Shown piece after piece: positions 32,521 through 42,923 of a DNA stretch of 64,000 nt (positions are counted from its first letter, which is position 1; every line of letters starts with the position of its first letter). Source of the DNA: Bryobacterales bacterium. Its GTDB lineage: Bacteria > Acidobacteriota > Terriglobia > Bryobacterales > UBA6623. The stretch is taken from contig OY729428.2 in NCBI GenBank assembly GCA_963422375.2, positions 3,456,001 to 3,520,000 of the forward strand. Reading direction: 5' to 3'. Below the pieces are notes generated by a model, which saw only the letters and a program-made list of their open reading frames with translations, searched no databases and was not told the DNA's origin. A program made the translations under genes and the position numbers.

Positions 32521-32661
32521 CGTCGGCTTCCTCAAGCCCGGCGGCCTTGACGAGCGACGCACGAGAATTCGAGCTGGATCGCAGTGGGTCAACCGACGCC
32601 GCCAGGGCCGGTCTCGGCTCGTCCTTGGTCGCTCCCGTCGAATTCAACGCGCCTAGGAAGA

Positions 32662-33363
32662 CTACCCAGCTACCGAACGAGCAATCGTCGCGCCGGGTGG
32701 CCACGGTCCCGGGCCGGCATCGGATTGGGCCTTCGCTGCGCTCCGTTGGCTGTTGTTATCGTACGTGTCCCATGTAATCTCGTAATCCTCGGCTTGGTTG
32801 CCCCAGCCCACCCAATTCTTGCGAGTGCTTCGTGCGAACAACTCGATGAACGGTCCTCGGCTGCAGCTTTCGATCAGATCGTACAGTTCGTCCGGTTTGC
32901 GGCTGTGCTCGCGTTTCCTCGAGGCGATCATGTTGACCTGCCTCCTGCCGGGGGCGAGCGTCCGTGCATTCTTGCCCCGGACGCCGAACAGGACGAGCTC
33001 GGTCACGTTGCGAAAATAGAACCCGACACCCCGCCCGTCGGACCCGCCATCTCTTCGGACCTTGTGCCAGACGATGTTCGCCTTGTACTGAAAGCCCCAC
33101 GCGGTCAGGACGCGCAACCCGTCGGGCAGCAGCGCGTTAGGCACCCACAGATAGAGGTGCGCGGGCTCAGAGACGACCCGAGCGACGGGAAGTTCCATTA
33201 TCTCGCCAAGTCCCATGGTGGCGTACCGGCTCAGCCGACGGTGCTCGGGGGCCACCTTTCCGGTTCGGTTTGCAAACCGCCAAGGCGGGTCCGCCAGAAC
33301 AGTACGGAACCTAGTTCCATTCGCTAGGGACAGCAAGTCCTGTCCCGGGTCGGTCGCATCCAT
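32662..33363 (-). CDS. MT-A70-family adenine methyltransferase
   Basis: LADPPW catalytic motif, HLYLWVPNAL, WGFQYK, GVGFYFRNVTE, REHSRKPDE and IELFAR. Confidence 0.93.
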   Translation of the reverse strand: MDATDPGQDLLSLANGTRFRTVLADPPWRFANRTGKVAPEHRRLSRYATMGLGEIMELPVARVVSEPAHLYLWVPNALLPDGLRVLTAWGFQYKANIVWHKVRRDGGSDGRGVGFYFRNVTELVLFGVRGKNARTLAPGRRQVNMIASRKREHSRKPDELYDLIESCSRGPFIELFARSTRKNWVGWGNQAEDYEITWDTYDNNSQRSAAKAQSDAGPGPWPPGATIARSVAG

Positions 33364-33710
33364 GCTTCGAACCAATACCTTAGCATGTCCGCACGCACGG
33401 CACCTAGTCCGGTCGCCGAGCCAGCGATGACTGGATGACGTAGTTCAGTTGCGACTCGAACCAACGTGCTTCGGCATCTCCCCGCTCTCCAAGTGTCAGT
33501 CGATCCTGAGGAAAATTCGGGATCCCTAGCTACGTACCATACTGGAGACCCCAATACATCGGCCATTGACATGTTTGTATAATAGACGAAGTACATAGGA
33601 GTGAACTTCAATTCAACAGTAGAATACTATCTTTGTATTGGTGCTAGGTTTCGATTGGAATCTTTCTGATGACTCGATTGAGATTCTCTGATGGTCCAAG
33701 AGGATCGATC

Positions 33711-35161
33711 CGCCCATTCAACTCCGAAGTGCGACACGCGGGTAAGGGGCGGTGGGCTGGGATACTAGGACCACAGTAGCAGATCCAGCGGCGCCGGACA
33801 AGCCGCTGCCGGGCCGAAGCGGGGGGCCGCGTCCCGGGCAGGCGGGCATGCGTGCCCCGTTTCCGGAACGGGGACCCTCCGGGCCTTGCGCAGGGAGCGG
33901 AGCGACCGCAGCAAGGCCCGGAGGGTCGAATCCGCGCCTGTCCGGGCGCAGCTCCCCCGCGCCTCTGTCCCCGCGGCGGGCTGCCAGCCCTGCCTCAGCC
34001 CCGCGGCACCCGCTCCCGCTCCGCCGGGAAGACTTCCTCCGGCGTGCGCCCGCCCGGCACCTTCCGCGGACGCCGGTTCAGGCGGTCCCGCGCCTCCCGC
34101 ACCCGGGCCGGGTCCACCCGCCGCAGGTCCGTCCCCTGCGGGAAGTACTGCCGCGGCAGCCCGTTGGCATGCTCGTTCAGCCCGCGCTCCCAGGAGTGGC
34201 AGGGCCGCGCGAAGTAGAAGCCCGCCCCCAGCCGCTGCGCCACCTCCCGGTGCCTCCCGGTGCCCCGCGAACTCCTTGCCGCGAACTCCTTGCCGTTGTC
34301 GGCCGTGAGCGTGTGCGTCACGGCCCCGCTCCCTGCGAGCATGGCCGTCATCGCCGCCCCGACCAGCTGCGCCGTGCGCCGGCTAACCGGCTGCACTAGC
34401 AGGTACTTAGAGAACCGATCCACCAGCGTCACCAGCGCCCCGCGGCGCTGCCCGCCGATCACGCTGTCGGCCTCCCGGTCGCCGACGCGCGCCTGCGCTC
34501 GCGCCTCCGCCGGGCGCTCCGCGATGTCCGCGCGCCCCGGGATCAGGCCGCGGCCCGCCGTCCGGCCGACCCGCCGGACGCGCTTGCGGCCGCCCTGCCT
34601 CGGGTGCCGGTACAGCCGGCCCCCCTGCCGCCGCTCCGCGCGCACCCGCTGGTAGATCCGTTCGGGGCTGATCTCCAGCGCCCCTTCCCGCTTCAGCCGC
34701 GCCGCGACCTGCTCCGGGCTCCTGCTCCGGGCTCCAGTCCTGCCGCAGGCAGTCCTCGCTCCGCGTCCGCAGCGCCGACGTCAGCTGGCGCGGCCGGCAC
34801 GACGCCGCGCGCCGCCGCCGCTCCGCGCGCTCCTGCGCGCTCCCCAAGCTGTAGCTCGCCGCGCGCTCGCCCTCCGCCGGTCGGCCGTTGCGGCCCACTT
34901 CCCGGTAGATCGTGGCCCGCTTGCGGCCCGGCTGCCCGGCGATCCTGTCCGCTCCCCAGCCCGCCCAGCCCGCGGCCCGCAGCGTCTCGCTCCGGCAGCG
35001 CTCCTCCTGCGTCACGTGCGTGTAGCTCTTCCGCATCTGCCTCCCTGCTCCTTCCAGCACCTACCAGCCTACTGCCGCGACACCACCGCTCGCTGCCCCC
35101 CCTCTCCCCTCCCTGCCATCTTGTGGCTCGGCGCCTGTCGCACTTCGGAGTTGAATGGGCG
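33711..35161 (-). mobile_element. IS30-family element with a frameshifted transposase (about 35036 to 33995)
   Basis: Perfect 26-bp IR CGCCCATTCAACTCCGAAGTGCGACA (33711-33736, 35136-35161); flanking CGATC repeat; WSPEQ, TADNGKEF, SWERGLNE and LNRRPRK motifs. Confidence 0.95.
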
Positions 35162-35523
35162 CGATCCAGCATGAATTGGATTGTCATCTACGCGTGCATG
35201 AGGTACGGATGAATCTCAATCAACCGAACTATAGTGTGGACAGAATCTCTAATAGGATTCTTGTTGTGAGATTTGTGAATCTGCCTTTCTCTCTCGAAAT
35301 CCATGGAAATGATCCACAGATAATCTGCCTTCTTGTGCAAGACTCATGACGGAATTTGTATCGAATTCACTGTTGACCGATCATTCAATTTCGCGTTAGA
35401 AAATCAAGAATCAATATTCCAAAACACGAGATCGCAAAGATTTCTCTTTCGTCATCAGGGCGGAAAGGGACTCGAAATCCTTCGCAATCAGATGTCCTGC
35501 CGCCGCGCCTCGGCGTGTCGACG

Positions 35524-36957
35524 CTACTTCGCGTCCGGGTTCGGAACCGGATCCTGCGCTCCGACCGCGGCGCGCCATGCGTCCAGCGCGCCGAGCAGCT
35601 CTTCGGCCTTTTCGGGAAGTTCGCCGGCGAGGTCACTCGCCTCGCCTACGTCCTCGGCTAGGTTGTACAGCTCGACGCGGCCGTCCTCGTAGAAATGCAC
35701 GAGGCGCCAGTCCCCCTGCCGGATCGCCGAGTACGGGGTGGCCCCGCCCGGGTGGTAGTGCGGATAGTGCCAGTAGAGCGCGTCGCGATCCGGCACGGCG
35801 CTCGGGTCGCGCAAGTGAGCGGCCAAGCTCACGCCGTCCACCAGCTGGTTGTGCTCGACTTCCCCGGGGGCATCGGCGATTTCCAGGACCGTCGGATAGA
35901 TATCCATCGTGATCACCGGCACCTCGCTGACCGTGCCCGCTGTCGTGACACCGGGCCAGTAGTAGATCGTCGGGGTGCGCACGCCGCCCTCGTAGGGCGA
36001 TCCCTTTCCGGCCCGCAGCGGGGCGTTCTCCGTCGGGTTGCCCATTCGGCCGTCCCGGCCCTTGCGATCGAGCCCGCCGTTATCGCCGGTCAGAACGATC
36101 ACGGTCTCGTCCGCGATCCCCAGTTCTCCCAGCTTGGCGCGGACGCGCCCGACGCTGCGGTCCAAGGCCGCCAGCATGCCCGCGTAGGCCGGGTTGCGAT
36201 GGCGCTTCGCCGGATCGACCCGGCCCTCGAATCGCGCGAGGTCCTCGGGCTTGGCCTGGATGGGAGTGTGGACCGTGTAGAACGGGAAGTAGAGCAGGAA
36301 CGGCTCCTCGCGATAGCTCTCGAGGATGCCCAGCGCCTCGTCAGTCAGCCTGTCGGTCAGGTAGTCCCCCTCGGCCCCGCCCTCGGGCAGGGGGTACACG
36401 CGCCGCCCGGCTCGCTCGTACGGATGGAAGTAGCTGCCGGGCGCCCCCCATTCGTTGCCCGCCACGTTGATCTCGAAGCCGTGCCGGTCGGGAGCGAATT
36501 CGAGCATCTCGTCGGAGTCCAGCCGCGGCATGAGGTGCCACTTCCCCACGTGGGCGGTCCGGTATCCCTCGGCCCCGAGTGCCTCGGCCAGGGTCGTGTA
36601 GCGATGCTCGAGCCGCATGGTCCACTCCGGCGGCCGCAGCTTCGCGTCGGGCCGGCGGTGGCCCGGAATCCAATCCGTGACGTTCGTCCGCCCGGGGTAG
36701 AGCCCGGTGAGCAGGGCCGCCCGCGTGGGCGAGCACACGGTGCAGGCGGCGTAGCCGTGGGTGAACCGCACGCCGTCGGCCGCCAGCCGGTCGATATTGG
36801 GCGTCTCGAAAAAGTCGCTCCCGTAGCAGGCGAAATCCGTCCAGCCCAAGTCGTCGACCAGGAAGATCAGGAAGTTCGGCCGCTCGGGGGCGCCCTCCGG
36901 CGCGACGGCGCAACCTGCCAGCAGTAGGGCGGCGGCGAGTCCGTGCAGGATTCTCAT
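35524..36957 (-). CDS. Sulfatase (formylglycine-dependent, S1 family), likely lipoprotein
   Basis: LAGC lipobox, PNFLIFLVDDLG, CSPTRAALLTG, GKWHL, GDNG and YEGGVR. Confidence 0.95.
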   Translation of the reverse strand: MRILHGLAAALLLAGCAVAPEGAPERPNFLIFLVDDLGWTDFACYGSDFFETPNIDRLAADGVRFTHGYAACTVCSPTRAALLTGLYPGRTNVTDWIPGHRRPDAKLRPPEWTMRLEHRYTTLAEALGAEGYRTAHVGKWHLMPRLDSDEMLEFAPDRHGFEINVAGNEWGAPGSYFHPYERAGRRVYPLPEGGAEGDYLTDRLTDEALGILESYREEPFLLYFPFYTVHTPIQAKPEDLARFEGRVDPAKRHRNPAYAGMLAALDRSVGRVRAKLGELGIADETVIVLTGDNGGLDRKGRDGRMGNPTENAPLRAGKGSPYEGGVRTPTIYYWPGVTTAGTVSEVPVITMDIYPTVLEIADAPGEVEHNQLVDGVSLAAHLRDPSAVPDRDALYWHYPHYHPGGATPYSAIRQGDWRLVHFYEDGRVELYNLAEDVGEASDLAGELPEKAEELLGALDAWRAAVGAQDPVPNPDAK

Positions 36958-37043
36958 GGCACGATTCTACCGTCGCGACGCCGCGTCTTTGCGACAATAC
37001 GAAGCAGGAGAATTTGGCGGACACTCGGCCGCCCGTCCCGGCG

Positions 37044-37745
37044 ATGCGCTTCCTTTCCCGCAGGACTCTCGCTGCCGGTGCCGCAGCCGCGGGGATCTCG
37101 GCCGTCGCCGCAGCCGCGTCGGTCTGGATGGTCAGCGTTCACGTCGATGACATCGCGAGCACGCGCCTCTACGACGACATCGCGAGCCTGCCGCGGAGGG
37201 AGGTCGCCTTGGTACTCGGCACGTCGCCCAACGCAAGAGGCGGAGCGGACAACGCCTTCTACGAGGCTCGGATCGACGCCGCTGCCGAACTGTTCCACAG
37301 CGGCAAGGTAGGGCACATCATCGTGAGCGGGTCCAATCCCAGCCGCTACTACAACGAGCCGTTCGTCATGAAGCGCGACCTCGTCCAGCGCGCCATCCCG
37401 GCCGGTTCGATCACCGAGGACCAGGCCGGTTTCCGCACGTTCGACTCAATCGTGCGCGCGGACAAGGTCATGGGCCAGCGCTCCTTCACGGTCGTCACGC
37501 AGCGCTCCCATGCGGCCCGCGCCCTATACCTAGCCATGCACTTCGATCTGGACGCGGTAGCTTACTGCGCCAAGGATCCGACGGGCGCGCCGACGTACAC
37601 GGCGCAGCTGCGCGAACTGGGCGCACGCTTCAAGGCGCTGCTGGACGTCAACGTGCTCGACACGCAGCCCCGCTTCCTCGGCGAACCGGTCGAGATCAGG
37701 CTGCGGCCTTCGGAGCGTCAGGGACCCGTCGGCGCGCTGGACTGA
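37044..37745 (+). CDS. sanA: SanA/ElyC (DUF218) family protein
   Basis: LVLGTS, RIDAAAELF, SG.N...YNEP, DQAGFRTFDS, VTQRSHAARA and RE; alternative start at 37014. Confidence 0.88.
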   Translation: MRFLSRRTLAAGAAAAGISAVAAAASVWMVSVHVDDIASTRLYDDIASLPRREVALVLGTSPNARGGADNAFYEARIDAAAELFHSGKVGHIIVSGSNPSRYYNEPFVMKRDLVQRAIPAGSITEDQAGFRTFDSIVRADKVMGQRSFTVVTQRSHAARALYLAMHFDLDAVAYCAKDPTGAPTYTAQLRELGARFKALLDVNVLDTQPRFLGEPVEIRLRPSERQGPVGALD

Positions 37746-37760
37746 CCCCTCGCGCCGGGG

Positions 37761-40544
37761 TCAGGGCGCGGCGAATTCGGACAGCCAGTTCAGCACGATG
37801 CGGATGCCCGGGTGCGACGGGCCACTCACCCACTCCGCGATCACGAAGCGGTCGCCGGGCCCGACGTCGTAGGTCGCGAATCGCCGTGGACCACTCAGCC
37901 TCTCGTGCGAGAAGAGCCGGAGCGGGTCTTCCATGCGAAAGCCTTCCTGCGTTCCAACCGGCACGGCGAACAGCGTATCGTCCCGGACGAAGTACAGAGC
38001 CCGGCCGTCGCTCCCCCAGCGGGCGAGCCGCCCGCCCTCGGTCGACACCTGCCAGTGCCGGTCGCCGGCCGGGAACGGCCTGACGTAGATGTTGAACTCC
38101 CCGGACTCGTTGCTCTCGTAGGCGACATACCTGCCGTTCGGCGAAAAGGCCGCGTTATCGACCGTGAAGGGGCCCTCCGGGAGGAAGTCCCCCATTTCCC
38201 AGTCCTCTCCGACCCGCTCCAGGTACGCGATCCGAGGGGACGCCCCCGGGACGACCCGCCTGCCCGGCCCGCTTCCGGCCGAGTCGGACGAGCTCCTGTC
38301 CCCCGAGCGGCGGCGCATCTGCACCAGAATATAGCGGCCGTCCCGCGACCAATCCAGAGGCTTGACCGCGCCGCCCGGCCCGGGGTACAGGGACCGCGCC
38401 GGGCTGTTCTCGTCGACGTCAACGACCGCGACCCCCGGCGTGCCGCGGTGCGAGAACGCGACCTGGCGGCCATCCGGCGACCAGACCGCGCCCGGCTCGA
38501 CCCGGTCGTCGAACGTCCGCCGCCTGATCACTTCGCGGCTCGACTCGTGCAGCCACAGTTCGACGGCACTCCCGCTGACTCCCGCGACGATTACCCGGTC
38601 GCCGGACGGCGACACGCGCGGCCCCAGAATCCGCGGCTGGGGGCGTCCCGCCGCCCCGAGCCGCCCGCCCCGACGGTCAAACCAGGAGAGGCGCATCTGC
38701 AGCGTCTCGGGAGTGTCGATGTACACCAGCGTGCCGTCCCTCGAGACCGACGGTTCCGTCGCGTCCCGAGCGATCACGAACGGCTCGCCCAAGGGCTCCA
38801 GGCCGTCCGGCGAGAACGGGAGCGCCGACAGCGCCGGCGTGAGGGCCGAGGGCTGGTACACAATGTGGCCGGACTCGGAGTAGACCGGGTCCGTGCCCTC
38901 GACCACGCGGACAGCGTCACCCGCCGCTTCGCTCGCCAAGCGGCGGGCCATGACGAAGTCTCCGTCGACGGTCCGCTCGGAATAGAGCAGCACCTGCTCG
39001 CCGTCGCTCGCGCCCACCAAGGCGAGGCTAGTGACGCTCGAACGGCGTCGCTGGGATCCCTCGAAGACGGGCTTGGGAATGCCTCCCAGCGCCGACACCG
39101 ACATCAGGGGCGCGCCCACGCGGCTGAAGACGATGGACTTCCCGTCGGGTGTCCAGGCTGCGCTGACGTGGCCAATGCCGGAATCCTCGACCAGCATCGT
39201 CGCCACCAAGCCCTCCACGGACACCCTGCCGATGCCTTGGCCGGTCACGAAGCCCACGAAACGGCTGTCGGGCGACCAGAAGACCTCCCGCGCCCCATCG
39301 GTCCCGTCGACGCGAAGGAGTTCGAGCCGGTCGAGCGGCTGCAGCCACAGGCTCCCTCCCGATCCGGTGGTGCTGAAGGCAATGAATCGCCCGTTCGGGG
39401 AGATCGCGAGCGACCCTATGCGGCGATCCGACATGCCGGCCTCGATCGGGCGCAGGGTGAAGCGTCGCAGCTGGCCGGGCCGGGCGCCGCCCCCGGTCGG
39501 AACCGCCAGGCCGGCGACGAAGGCGAGACCCACCGCGAACGCGAGACCGAGGCGCACCATCCAGCGGCGGGGCGCCACCGGGCCGCGCGCCGTAGCGGCC
39601 GGCGCCGGCGTCTCGGGCTTGCGGGCCGATGCGGAAAGGCTCCCCCCGGAAGGGACGGAGGGACGGTCCGCTTCCTCGCCTTCCCCGTCGATGAGCTGCA
39701 CGGACGTGCGCCCGCTCGCCGATCGGCGCTGCAGCAACTCGAGGTCGGCCACGAGCTCGCCGGCTTCCCGGTAGCGGTCCGCGGGCGACTTCGCAAGGCA
39801 TTTCTCGATGATCCACTCGAGCTCCATCGGCACCCGCGAGCGGAGCGAGGTGAGCGGGGCCGGAGCCTCGTTCAGGATCGAATACAGCACTGCCTGGTCG
39901 TAATGGCCCCGGAACGGCGGGTCGCCCGCCACCATTTCGTACGTCACCACGCCGAGCGACCACAGGTCGCTGCGGGGGCCGACATCCTCGCCCAGCGACT
40001 GCTCAGGAGACATGTAGGCGACCGTGCCCATGCGAGCGTCCGCCCGGGTCAGCTTGGACGCGCCCGAGATCTTGGCCAGGCCGAAGTCCATCAGCTTCAC
40101 GACGGGCCGCCCCGAGCCGTCCTGGCCGAGCATGATGTTGGACGGCTTGATGTCGCGATGCACGACGCCTGCCGCGTGGGCGGCCGCCAGGCCCTCCGCG
40201 GCCTGCCGGGCGATCTCGTAGGCTAGGTCCAGCGGCAGCGGCCCGCGCTGAATCCGCCGGTCGAGGGACTCGCCCTCCAGGTAGGCCATGGCGAGGAACG
40301 TCTCGCCGTCCTGCTCGTCGATCTCGTACACCGTGCAGATGTTGGGATGGTCGAGCGACGCGGCCGCCTGGGCTTCGCGCAGGAAGCGTTCGGCGTCGAC
40401 CCCAACGCCGGTGACTTCCTTGGAGAGGAATTTCAGCGCGACAGCGCGCTTGAGCCTCGTGTCCTCGGCCTTGTAGACGACTCCCATGCCGCCCTCACCG
40501 AGCGGCTCGAGAATCCGGTAGCGGGAGATTCGCCGGTCTCTCAT
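37761..40544 (-). CDS. Ser/Thr protein kinase with a TM helix and TolB/PD40-like beta-propeller
   Basis: LGEGGMGVVY, VALK, HRDIKPSN, DFG and GTVAYMSPEQ; TM helix; repeated SPDG motifs. Confidence 0.95.
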   Translation of the reverse strand: MRDRRISRYRILEPLGEGGMGVVYKAEDTRLKRAVALKFLSKEVTGVGVDAERFLREAQAAASLDHPNICTVYEIDEQDGETFLAMAYLEGESLDRRIQRGPLPLDLAYEIARQAAEGLAAAHAAGVVHRDIKPSNIMLGQDGSGRPVVKLMDFGLAKISGASKLTRADARMGTVAYMSPEQSLGEDVGPRSDLWSLGVVTYEMVAGDPPFRGHYDQAVLYSILNEAPAPLTSLRSRVPMELEWIIEKCLAKSPADRYREAGELVADLELLQRRSASGRTSVQLIDGEGEEADRPSVPSGGSLSASARKPETPAPAATARGPVAPRRWMVRLGLAFAVGLAFVAGLAVPTGGGARPGQLRRFTLRPIEAGMSDRRIGSLAISPNGRFIAFSTTGSGGSLWLQPLDRLELLRVDGTDGAREVFWSPDSRFVGFVTGQGIGRVSVEGLVATMLVEDSGIGHVSAAWTPDGKSIVFSRVGAPLMSVSALGGIPKPVFEGSQRRRSSVTSLALVGASDGEQVLLYSERTVDGDFVMARRLASEAAGDAVRVVEGTDPVYSESGHIVYQPSALTPALSALPFSPDGLEPLGEPFVIARDATEPSVSRDGTLVYIDTPETLQMRLSWFDRRGGRLGAAGRPQPRILGPRVSPSGDRVIVAGVSGSAVELWLHESSREVIRRRTFDDRVEPGAVWSPDGRQVAFSHRGTPGVAVVDVDENSPARSLYPGPGGAVKPLDWSRDGRYILVQMRRRSGDRSSSDSAGSGPGRRVVPGASPRIAYLERVGEDWEMGDFLPEGPFTVDNAAFSPNGRYVAYESNESGEFNIYVRPFPAGDRHWQVSTEGGRLARWGSDGRALYFVRDDTLFAVPVGTQEGFRMEDPLRLFSHERLSGPRRFATYDVGPGDRFVIAEWVSGPSHPGIRIVLNWLSEFAAP

Positions 40545-40644
40545 GCCGCGACGGGCCTCAACTCATTCTGGCGCGTGGGCCGCGAGCCGCGTTACGCTGG
40601 ACGGCATCCCGGCAGCGAGGAGGGCGGGCGGCGACAATGAATCC

Positions 40645-41045
40645 ATGGCCGCGCTCAAGACGAAGCCCACCGAGGCGAGCCCGCAGACCTTCATCGACGC
40701 GATCACGGACCGCGCGCGCCGCGCGGACTGCCTCGCCCTCTTCGAAACGATGCGCCGGACCGCCGGGGAAACGCGCATGTGGGGCAGCAGCATCGTCGGG
40801 TTCGGGTCGTACGACTACCGGTACCCGAGCGGGCGGACCGGCACGTGGTTCCGCACGGGATTCTCGCCGCGCAAGCGCGCCTGACAGTCTACCTCATGCT
40901 GGATCTCGACTCCCAGGCGGACCGGCTGGCATCCTTAGGCGACCACCGGCGCGGTCGCGGCTGCCTGTACATCAAGAGGCTGTCCGACATCGACATGGGC
41001 GTGCTGGAGGACCTGATACGGGCGTCGTGCGGCGGTTCCAGGTAG
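40645..41045 (+). pseudogene. DUF1801 (YdhG-like) protein, frameshifted
   Basis: KTKPT..S, MWGSSIVGFGSY.YRY.SGR.G.W..TGFSPRK, then LTVY..LG.H..G.GCLYIKRLSDID in another frame from about 40876. Confidence 0.85.
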
Positions 41046-41126
41046 TCGCGGCCATGCGGCCAGCTCCGCAGGACCTGCCTCCTGCCGTCGCGAGATCGGC
41101 GGGCAGTCCGCCAGCGAGGTCCTTCG

Positions 41127-42923
41127 ATGCGGGTCGGGGTTGACAGCGGCGGCACGTTCACCGACTTCGTCGCGTGGGACGGGTCGCGCCTGCGAAGCCT
41201 CAAGCTGCGGTCGACGCCGCGCGACCCGTCCAAGGCGATCCTCCACGGGCTGCGAGCGCTCGCGGTCGCGGAGGTGGTCCACGGCTCGACCGTGGCGACC
41301 AACGCGCTGCTGGAACGCAGCGGCGCACGCACCGCCTTGGTCGCCACGAGCGGCTTCGAGGACCTACTGGACCTGGCCCGGCAGAATCGCCCCGCGCTGT
41401 ACGACTTGCGGCCGCCGCCGCGACAGGCCCTCGTGGCCGAGCGGGACAAGCACGGCGTCCGCGAGCGGGTGCTGCACGACGGATCGGTCCTGTGCCCCTT
41501 GGACGAGAGCGAGGTCCGCTCGCTGGCCGCCCGCATCGGGGACGCGGACTCGGTGGCGGTCTGCCTGCTGCACAGCTACGCCAACCCGGATCACGAGCGG
41601 CGGGTCGGGCGGGCGCTGCGCGCGGCCGGGCACACGGTCTCCCTGTCCTGCGAGATCCTGCCCGAGTACCGCGAGTACGAGCGGGCCGCCACCACGGTGG
41701 TAAACGCCTACGTCTCCCCGCTCATGCGCCGCTACATCCACTCGCTGGAGCGCAGCCTCCCGGGCGCGCGCCTGCGCGTCTTCCAGTCGAACGGCGGCTC
41801 GATGTCCGCCGCGGAGGCCTCCGAGCAGGCGGTCCGCACAGTGCTGTCGGGGCCGGCCGGGGGTCTGGTCGGGGCGGCAGCCGTCGCCCGGCTGCTGGGG
41901 ATCGAGCGATTCGTGAGCTTCGACATGGGAGGGACATCGACAGACGTGGCCCTGTACAACGGCGAGCCCGGCCACACGACGGAAGGCGCGGCGGCGGGCC
42001 TGCCGGTGCGCGTTCCCATGCTCGACATCCAGACCATCGGAGCCGGCGGAGGCTCGGTGGCGTACTTCGACGAAGGCGCCGCGCTGCGCGTCGGCCCGCG
42101 CTCGGCGGGCGCCGCTCCCGGCCCGGCCTGCTACGGCATCGGGGAGGAGCTCACCGTCACCGACGCGGACCTCCTGCTGGGGCGCATCGACCAGGCGGCG
42201 TTCCTCGAGGGCACGATCCGCCTCGACGCCGACCGGACCCGCGAGTTCGCGGCGCGCGCCGCCGCCCAAGCCGGCATCGGCGTCAGGGAGCTGGCGGCCG
42301 CCATCGTGCGCGCCGCCAACGCCAAGATGGAGCGAGCCGTCCGGGCGGTCTCGGTCGAGCGGGGCCACGACCCGCGCGACTACGCCATGATCTGCTTCGG
42401 CGGCGCAGGGCCCCTGCACGCCTGCGAACTGGCCGAATCTCTGGGGATCCCCCGAGTGGTCGTGCCGGCGCGCGCGGGCGTGCTGTCCGCCCTCGGCATG
42501 CTGGTGGCCGACTGCGTCCGCGACTACTCGGAAAGCGTGCTCGGCGGAGAGGCGGGCGCGGCCTTCGAGCGCCTCGCCCGAACAGCCAGGCGGGACATGC
42601 GGGCCCAGGGCTTCGAGACCGTCGAGCTGGTCGGCACCCTGGACATGCGCTACGCGGGCCAGTCCTACGAAATCAACGTGCCCGCGGACCGCGCCGCCGA
42701 GTTCGAGCGGATCCACGAGCGCCGCTACGGCTACCGCCATGCGGGCCGCGCCGCCGAGGCGGTGACCGCCCGGATCCAAGCCATCGGGCGCACGGCGGGC
42801 AACGACAAGCCCGACCTGGCGGAAGCGACCGGGGAACCGCGCTTTGCCAGCATGCACGTGCCCGACGGCTGGCGGTGCCGCGAGGCACCCGGCTCGAACA
42901 TCATTCTCGAGCGGGCCGGCTAG
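41127..42923 (+). CDS. Hydantoinase/5-oxoprolinase subunit A family protein
   Basis: GVDSGGTFTD, HGSTVATNALLE, REYER, SGPAGG, DMGGTSTDV, GAGGGS and GPACY; short C-terminus. Confidence 0.92.
   Translation: MRVGVDSGGTFTDFVAWDGSRLRSLKLRSTPRDPSKAILHGLRALAVAEVVHGSTVATNALLERSGARTALVATSGFEDLLDLARQNRPALYDLRPPPRQALVAERDKHGVRERVLHDGSVLCPLDESEVRSLAARIGDADSVAVCLLHSYANPDHERRVGRALRAAGHTVSLSCEILPEYREYERAATTVVNAYVSPLMRRYIHSLERSLPGARLRVFQSNGGSMSAAEASEQAVRTVLSGPAGGLVGAAAVARLLGIERFVSFDMGGTSTDVALYNGEPGHTTEGAAAGLPVRVPMLDIQTIGAGGGSVAYFDEGAALRVGPRSAGAAPGPACYGIGEELTVTDADLLLGRIDQAAFLEGTIRLDADRTREFAARAAAQAGIGVRELAAAIVRAANAKMERAVRAVSVERGHDPRDYAMICFGGAGPLHACELAESLGIPRVVVPARAGVLSALGMLVADCVRDYSESVLGGEAGAAFERLARTARRDMRAQGFETVELVGTLDMRYAGQSYEINVPADRAAEFERIHERRYGYRHAGRAAEAVTARIQAIGRTAGNDKPDLAEATGEPRFASMHVPDGWRCREAPGSNIILERAG

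Noticed and set aside
37761..40544. Kinase-propeller protein as part of the 45.6-53.9 kb system
   Set aside because: It is separated by unrelated genes and has a common acidobacterial architecture; there is no evidence of linkage.
41127..42923. Hydantoinase A without an adjacent B subunit as a novel stand-alone enzyme
   Set aside because: The B subunit may be encoded elsewhere; this cannot be judged from the window.
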